DNA from: a virus
Taxonomy: Duplodnaviria; Caudoviricetes
DNA length: 57,886 nt
Virus record (IMG/VR): IMGVR_UViG_3300042328_002052
Span: 1-57,886 of that record
Strand: one strand, 5' to 3'
Shown one piece after another: positions 52,894 through 57,886 of the stretch. The notes below the pieces were generated by a model. It made no database searches. It saw nothing but the letters and a program-made list of their open reading frames with translations, and was not told the origin of the DNA. Numbering within the stretch: the first letter of the stretch is position 1; each line of letters begins with the position of its first letter. The position numbers and the translations under genes were made by a program.

Positions 52894-54783
52894 TCAGACT
52901 ATCTGGCAACCACCAGCACTGCAGGCAAATTCCTTTGCCGACTCAGTATTGTCTTCTGCCTCATATTTAGAGAGCTCCTTAAAGTTAACTTTAACCTTCG
53001 GGTGCGCTGCATATGTTGCAGAATCAATTTGCTCAAATGGAGCCTGAGCGTATGTGTGATTGTCACCACCGGGAAGGAACGAGATGCCTGTTGCGACATC
53101 AAAGTTCTCCCAGAGCCAGTTACCGACTTCAAGGAACTCAGAATCCTTGTAGTTGACGGTGATCGATGGCTTGTGATGGCAGTAATGTTCCTGATAAGTC
53201 TTCCACAGATCCAAGTGATCCAATGCACGGAGATCTTCCGTGGTAATTGTGCCTCTTGGGGCCTTCATAGCAAAGGTAAAGACCGCTGTGTTATTAGGAT
53301 TAATCACATCATCTTCGCAAGGAACGCCTTGATCCTTCATAAGATTGTAAATTGGATCCTTCTTGTCAATACGAATTCTACGATAATAGTGTTCAGCATA
53401 ACGTGGGTGGAGACCTGATGCCGAATCAACCAAGCACGAAGTCGTTCCCTCTGGCTTGATGCATGTGATGGACTTGCTTGGATTGATGCCAAGCTTCTCT
53501 GCCCACTTCATGTTAGTTGCCGTCGCATGGTCACGGAGAGTTTCAAGTAGACGCACCAACTTTGGCTTGCCTTCAAGGCCACTGGTTAACTTGTTGTCGT
53601 AGATTCCGGTCATACTGACACCGAGTAGACGCTCCTCTTCGCAATTCTTCTTCCATTCGGGACGAAGGTATGGGAAGTCAGTGAAGGTAGATTGAACCGT
53701 ACCGATGATGGTGGCAATCTCAATCTTCTTCTTCAAAGAAGCAGCAGTGTCGTCAGGACGAACAACGACAGTTGAGAGATTGCAGAACTCAAATGGCTTC
53801 AGGATGATCTCAGAGCATGGATTTGTGCCATACTCACAGTTCTCGTCTCTACCCCACTTGGCTGCTTGCTCCTGCAATGCCTTGCGGTTAATCATACCAC
53901 GCTCACCGCTGTGGCTGTTGTAGAGCGAAGTCCACTCTTCAAGGAACTGGCCCATCGGAGGACGACCACGATAAACAGCAGAGTTGTTTGCGTAGGAACG
54001 GAATCCAGCCTGCTCCCACCATGCACCGCTCTTGCAGAGAGCCATCTCACGATCCGAAAGATCGCTGAGAGAGATCATAGCAGAGCGACGAACGCCACCG
54101 ACGATGACTGCATTTGCAATTGCGCAGCAGATGTCGTGGCATTCCAGAGCAGTGAGTCTGCGTCCTTGTGCGTTGTAGAACACCTTGACGATGAACTTGA
54201 ACAGATTGTCAAGAGGAGCAGGACCACTTGCACGACCACCAAAGGTCTTCAGTCTTGCACCCGCTGGACGAATCTTCGACAGATCCCACTTAACGTGACG
54301 ACCTGCATAAAGGTGATCCATGATAAACTTAACTGCATTGCCCCAACCTTCCTTTGAGTCTTCAACAACATAAGTGATGTTAAAGACCTTTTCAATCTTG
54401 TTTGCAACTTGTGGGAGCTTGTCAGTGTATTGGTGTTCAACAGAATAACCAACACCAGTACCGTTCATGAGAACAACAAAAAGTTCCGCAAACGAATCAA
54501 GACTATCGATTGGCAAGTACGAGCAGTTGTACAAGCAAGTATTATCGTGATCCAATGCAGGACCAGCAGTCATCAAACTGCGCATGGAAGGAAGAACCTC
54601 AAGATTGAGGATTGCTTCCTTCACATCTGGACGCTCTGCAAGTTGCGGAACCTTAGCGGTAAAGTATTTCCACCAACGGTCAACACATTCCTCCCATGAT
54701 TCCCGGCGATTGTAATCGGGCATCCAACGAGAGTAGCGAGAAATAAAAATAAACGATTGAAAAGGTGATAAAGTTTCTGCCAT
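52894..54783 (-). CDS. nrdJ: class II (adenosylcobalamin-dependent) ribonucleotide reductase
   Basis: YNC, GGVRRSA, GTNPCSEI, KPEGT, C-terminal ACSAGGC. Confidence 0.92.
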   Translation of the reverse strand: MAETLSPFQSFIFISRYSRWMPDYNRRESWEECVDRWWKYFTAKVPQLAERPDVKEAILNLEVLPSMRSLMTAGPALDHDNTCLYNCSYLPIDSLDSFAELFVVLMNGTGVGYSVEHQYTDKLPQVANKIEKVFNITYVVEDSKEGWGNAVKFIMDHLYAGRHVKWDLSKIRPAGARLKTFGGRASGPAPLDNLFKFIVKVFYNAQGRRLTALECHDICCAIANAVIVGGVRRSAMISLSDLSDREMALCKSGAWWEQAGFRSYANNSAVYRGRPPMGQFLEEWTSLYNSHSGERGMINRKALQEQAAKWGRDENCEYGTNPCSEIILKPFEFCNLSTVVVRPDDTAASLKKKIEIATIIGTVQSTFTDFPYLRPEWKKNCEEERLLGVSMTGIYDNKLTSGLEGKPKLVRLLETLRDHATATNMKWAEKLGINPSKSITCIKPEGTTSCLVDSASGLHPRYAEHYYRRIRIDKKDPIYNLMKDQGVPCEDDVINPNNTAVFTFAMKAPRGTITTEDLRALDHLDLWKTYQEHYCHHKPSITVNYKDSEFLEVGNWLWENFDVATGISFLPGGDNHTYAQAPFEQIDSATYAAHPKVKVNFKELSKYEAEDNTESAKEFACSAGGCQIV

Positions 54784-54809
54784 ATTTGAGACTCCTTTGG
54801 TGGGTGTCT

Positions 54810-55520
54810 TTATTTAGTTGTTAGAGTTTGCCATGAAACTGGGAAAAGTGGAGCAATAATTTGTCCAATTGCCTCGGCAAATTTTTGAATTTCCCATTGT
54901 GCATGACTGTCAATTCTCAGGTTATAAACGCGGGCAAATGCGTAGAGAGAACCAGTCCACACAAATTCCGTATAAGTTCCTTGTGGCAATATTGAACGTG
55001 CCTGTTCAGGAGCGACACCATCTGCCAAAAGTTTATTGTAAAGATCAAGACATTCATTCAGGACTGTTTGGTATTCCTGCCTGAGTCTAATGCAGAGATC
55101 CATATCTTCAATTGCACCACTGCTTCCTTGCTTTGCTCCATCGGTAGGAGCACCGCGCCACATTGGAACATAAACTTCGGGTTCAAATGTAACATATCTG
55201 CGACTGACCTCGTTCATTACTAGACCAATCTGATGCTTACCAAGTTGTGCACGAACAAAGATCGGGCACTTGATGCGTAGGCTGATCTGCGGATGGCAGA
55301 ACGGAGTAAAGTGGTTATGCTTTGCAAGATACTTAATAAGTTTTGTATCTTTCTCCAGCAACTTTTGTTCTTGATAACCAGTCCAGTTTTTTTCTGAATC
55401 CCAATGGCTTTCCTTGTTAAAGGAAACTCTTGCAGCATTAACAACGCTGAGATCAGACCCCATGTAATCGATCAAGTCAACATGGCCATGATCTAAAACA
55501 AAATACTTAGTCTGCGCCAT
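54810..55520 (-). CDS. thyX: flavin-dependent thymidylate synthase
   Basis: VVNAARVSF, HFTPF, NEVSRRYV, EQARSILPQ, HAQWEI. Confidence 0.93.
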   Translation of the reverse strand: MAQTKYFVLDHGHVDLIDYMGSDLSVVNAARVSFNKESHWDSEKNWTGYQEQKLLEKDTKLIKYLAKHNHFTPFCHPQISLRIKCPIFVRAQLGKHQIGLVMNEVSRRYVTFEPEVYVPMWRGAPTDGAKQGSSGAIEDMDLCIRLRQEYQTVLNECLDLYNKLLADGVAPEQARSILPQGTYTEFVWTGSLYAFARVYNLRIDSHAQWEIQKFAEAIGQIIAPLFPVSWQTLTTK

Positions 55521-55743
55521 TTTTATGTTCGGTATCTCTGTCATCTGCTTCCTCGTCATTATCAACCAACTCAATGGTAACACCAGAAATTTTTGTAAAA
55601 TCGGCAGCGTACTCTCTAGCGCGATGCCATAGTTCAGGATTCATTTCCTTTACATATTCGCCAAATCTCTGTACAAATGTTAGATACGCTTCACTTGCTT
55701 TTAAAATGTCTTCTTCAGACATGTCTTCATTATCTTTATTCAT
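55507..55743 (-). CDS. hypothetical acidic protein
   Basis: 78 aa ORF between primase and thyX. Confidence 0.65.
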   Translation of the reverse strand: MNKDNEDMSEEDILKASEAYLTFVQRFGEYVKEMNPELWHRAREYAADFTKISGVTIELVDNDEEADDRDTEHKNGAD

Positions 55744-56730
55744 TTAAACCTTCTTCCAGTAAGTATACTTTATTTTTGCTTTGAGTCCAGAATAAACATT
55801 ATTGATGATAAGCTTTAACACCATACTTTGGCCGTAAACCTTTACCATGTCATTAATGTCTTTCTTGGATATTTCATCAGGCCAGATTACTACATTTCTT
55901 CCGGCATCAATATATCTTCCCAACAAACTAACGATTTCAGAATTTCTTGGTTCATTATCAAAAATAAAAACTACTTTTGATTTTTGAATTTTGGCAGGAA
56001 GGTCCTCAAGCCATCCAGCCCCCTGCATTGCTATCCCGTTTGGAATAAACATAGAATCAATAGGTCCTTCTGTCACATATACCGTACTATGAGGATCCAC
56101 TTTATCTAAGTTATACCAAAGTCTTTCTTGACCTTCTTCCTTTAGGGTTATGTATCTGAGTGATGGATTTCCATCGTCAAAAGACCGCCCCTGAACACCG
56201 ATGAGTCTGCCTTCTTCATTGTAAAAAGGTATGACGAGTCTGGCCTCTGACCGACCTTCACGGTCAAAGGACGACATGACCTTGCTGAAATCAGGGCAGT
56301 AATAAAAATTACTATATTTTTCTTTCGGTATTTCTCTAGATTCAACATACTTTACTGCCTTGTGCTCATTATTTAGGAGGTCAAGCCGTGTGCCCAATTC
56401 CGTGAATACAGGATGTCTTTTTTCAGGCTTTTGTTCTTTAATTGTTTCTGGTGTTTTATCTTTATAGACCTCAAACGCATATTCCTTGCAGAGTGATGGG
56501 CTAATAGACTCAAGAACACCGTATAAATTACAGGTAAAACCGCAATTGTGACACTTGTATACATAATTTCCTTTATGCTCAAAGAAATATCCCCTTGTCT
56601 TGGACTTATTTTTCTTTGAGTCGCCACACTTAAAACATCTGCATGTAGCTAGTGAATCTTTTTTCCACTTAAACTTCTCAAGGGAACCAGAAACAAGATT
56701 CACATATTTCTTGTCAATATATATGCTCAC
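55744..56730 (-). CDS. DNA primase (T4 gp61-like)
   Basis: CFKCGDS..CHNCG zinc finger; TOPRIM EGPIDS, DNEPRN, KDINDM. Confidence 0.93.
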   Translation of the reverse strand: MSIYIDKKYVNLVSGSLEKFKWKKDSLATCRCFKCGDSKKNKSKTRGYFFEHKGNYVYKCHNCGFTCNLYGVLESISPSLCKEYAFEVYKDKTPETIKEQKPEKRHPVFTELGTRLDLLNNEHKAVKYVESREIPKEKYSNFYYCPDFSKVMSSFDREGRSEARLVIPFYNEEGRLIGVQGRSFDDGNPSLRYITLKEEGQERLWYNLDKVDPHSTVYVTEGPIDSMFIPNGIAMQGAGWLEDLPAKIQKSKVVFIFDNEPRNSEIVSLLGRYIDAGRNVVIWPDEISKKDINDMVKVYGQSMVLKLIINNVYSGLKAKIKYTYWKKV

Positions 56731-57886
56731 GTAGATTCCTCAAACGTCCAGTTTACGGCCTTGTTCTTTTTCTTTCCAAACTTTGGATTGAATGCCTGAC
56801 CATCAAAACCAGATCCGTAGGCTTCCTCTTCGGTGTTATTTGAATTGACAAGATTGTTGTTTGTATTGTCAACATCATAAAATTTCATCTTAGATTTGTT
56901 GACACCAATCAAAAACTTTCTATTCTTTGTAAGATCGTTACCACGGTTCTTTAGCTGCTTGACCATAAGCTGACCTGCTTCAGCCAGCTCATCATTCTCA
57001 ATGAGCGCAAAGAAGAAGTCTGCGGTCTGAGGCAAGCCAAAGCTTTCCGAAGTATCTGTCATCTCCATGTCGCTACTCTTCGCACCTTCACGGTTAACCT
57101 GAGTGGCTGTCCATAGAGGAACATTGAACTGCTTGGCAAGACCACGGAGCTCTTCTGCGATTCCCTTAACGTAGGTATAGCTATTCATACCATTGCCTAG
57201 CTTGAATCGGGCACATGAGCAGATATTCAAATAATCTACAAAGATCACATCTGGCGCAAACTTCTTCTTGATCTTCAATTCTTCCATAAGATTACGGAAG
57301 TGAGTTACGTTGGCTGCTGCCGTAGGATATTCCTTGATGATAAGCTTTCCACGACAAGTCTTTTTGAGGCTATCAACCTTGCTTTCATACTGTGTCAGAG
57401 GCATTTGCTCAAGGATATGCATATCCGTGTCAAGTAGGTTTGCATCGATTCTCTTTGCAATTTCCTCTTCTGCCATCTCAAGAGTGATATAAAGAACGTT
57501 CAAATTTTGAGAAAGACAAGATGCTGCATGGTGACACAAGAATGCGCTCTTGCCTACACCTGAAGCAGCCATCACTACGTTCAATGTCTTCTTTCGCGTT
57601 CCACCTCTGGTGATCTTGTTAAACATCTCAAGATCAAATCCAATCTTTTCCTCTACACGATGGTAATACTCATAGCGCTCATCGACATCTTCAAGGAAAT
57701 CGTGTCCGACTCTGGTATCGAAAGATACAGACAAAGCCTTTGACATGATCTCTGGAATAGCATTTTGGGTCTTTTCTTTATCCTTGCCCTCAATGATTCC
57801 AATGGATTCCATGATACCATTGTATATGGCTTTTTCTTTGCAGAACTTTTCAGTCTGCTCTACCATCCACTGTGTATCTGACTTCT
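56727..57886 (-). CDS. replicative DNA helicase (T4 gp41-like), N-terminus outside the window
   Basis: ASGVGKS, ITLEMAEE, VDYLNI, TATQVNR, SESFGLP. Confidence 0.93.
   Translation of the reverse strand, partial: KSDTQWMVEQTEKFCKEKAIYNGIMESIGIIEGKDKEKTQNAIPEIMSKALSVSFDTRVGHDFLEDVDERYEYYHRVEEKIGFDLEMFNKITRGGTRKKTLNVVMAASGVGKSAFLCHHAASCLSQNLNVLYITLEMAEEEIAKRIDANLLDTDMHILEQMPLTQYESKVDSLKKTCRGKLIIKEYPTAAANVTHFRNLMEELKIKKKFAPDVIFVDYLNICSCARFKLGNGMNSYTYVKGIAEELRGLAKQFNVPLWTATQVNREGAKSSDMEMTDTSESFGLPQTADFFFALIENDELAEAGQLMVKQLKNRGNDLTKNRKFLIGVNKSKMKFYDVDNTNNNLVNSNNTEEEAYGSGFDGQAFNPKFGKKKNKAVNWTFEEST

Noticed and set aside
1-57886. Alternative genetic code or stop-codon reassignment
   Set aside because: Conserved genes translate full length in the standard bacterial code, all three stops terminate genes, and I found no suppressor tRNA.

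Overview
The window is a segment of a large T4-like (myovirus-type) bacteriophage genome. Markers are the gp41-like helicase, gp61-like primase, ThyX, class II ribonucleotide reductase, GMP reductase, a CobS/CobT-like AAA+/vWA pair and many TAAATA late-promoter-like boxes. It has two compositional compartments. The AT-rich flanks (about 1-7.5 kb and 19.3-57.9 kb) carry late/virion, auxiliary and replication genes. A sharply GC-rich island (about 7.6-18.5 kb) carries small, probably early genes, many with their own sigma70-type promoter firing directly into a leaderless ATG, and is punctuated by six copies of an inverted-repeat element (CTACTATC...hairpin...GATAGTAG). RNA genes are ten tRNAs (none encoding CCA) and a circularly permuted two-piece tmRNA with tag ANIKAAPMRMAA. 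There are also unexplained structured RNAs. One motif (AGCCTAAC..CGGCGA..CAAGTCC..GCGGG..GGCTTCA) occurs twice, each time immediately 5' of a tRNA-like 5' end, and one copy forms the tmRNA intervening segment. A family of late proteins shares an N-terminal MNYLTNYYKNL..LE leader, and several others carry T4-type capsid-targeting-like N-termini. All calls come from reading the sequence by eye; no database searches were run.
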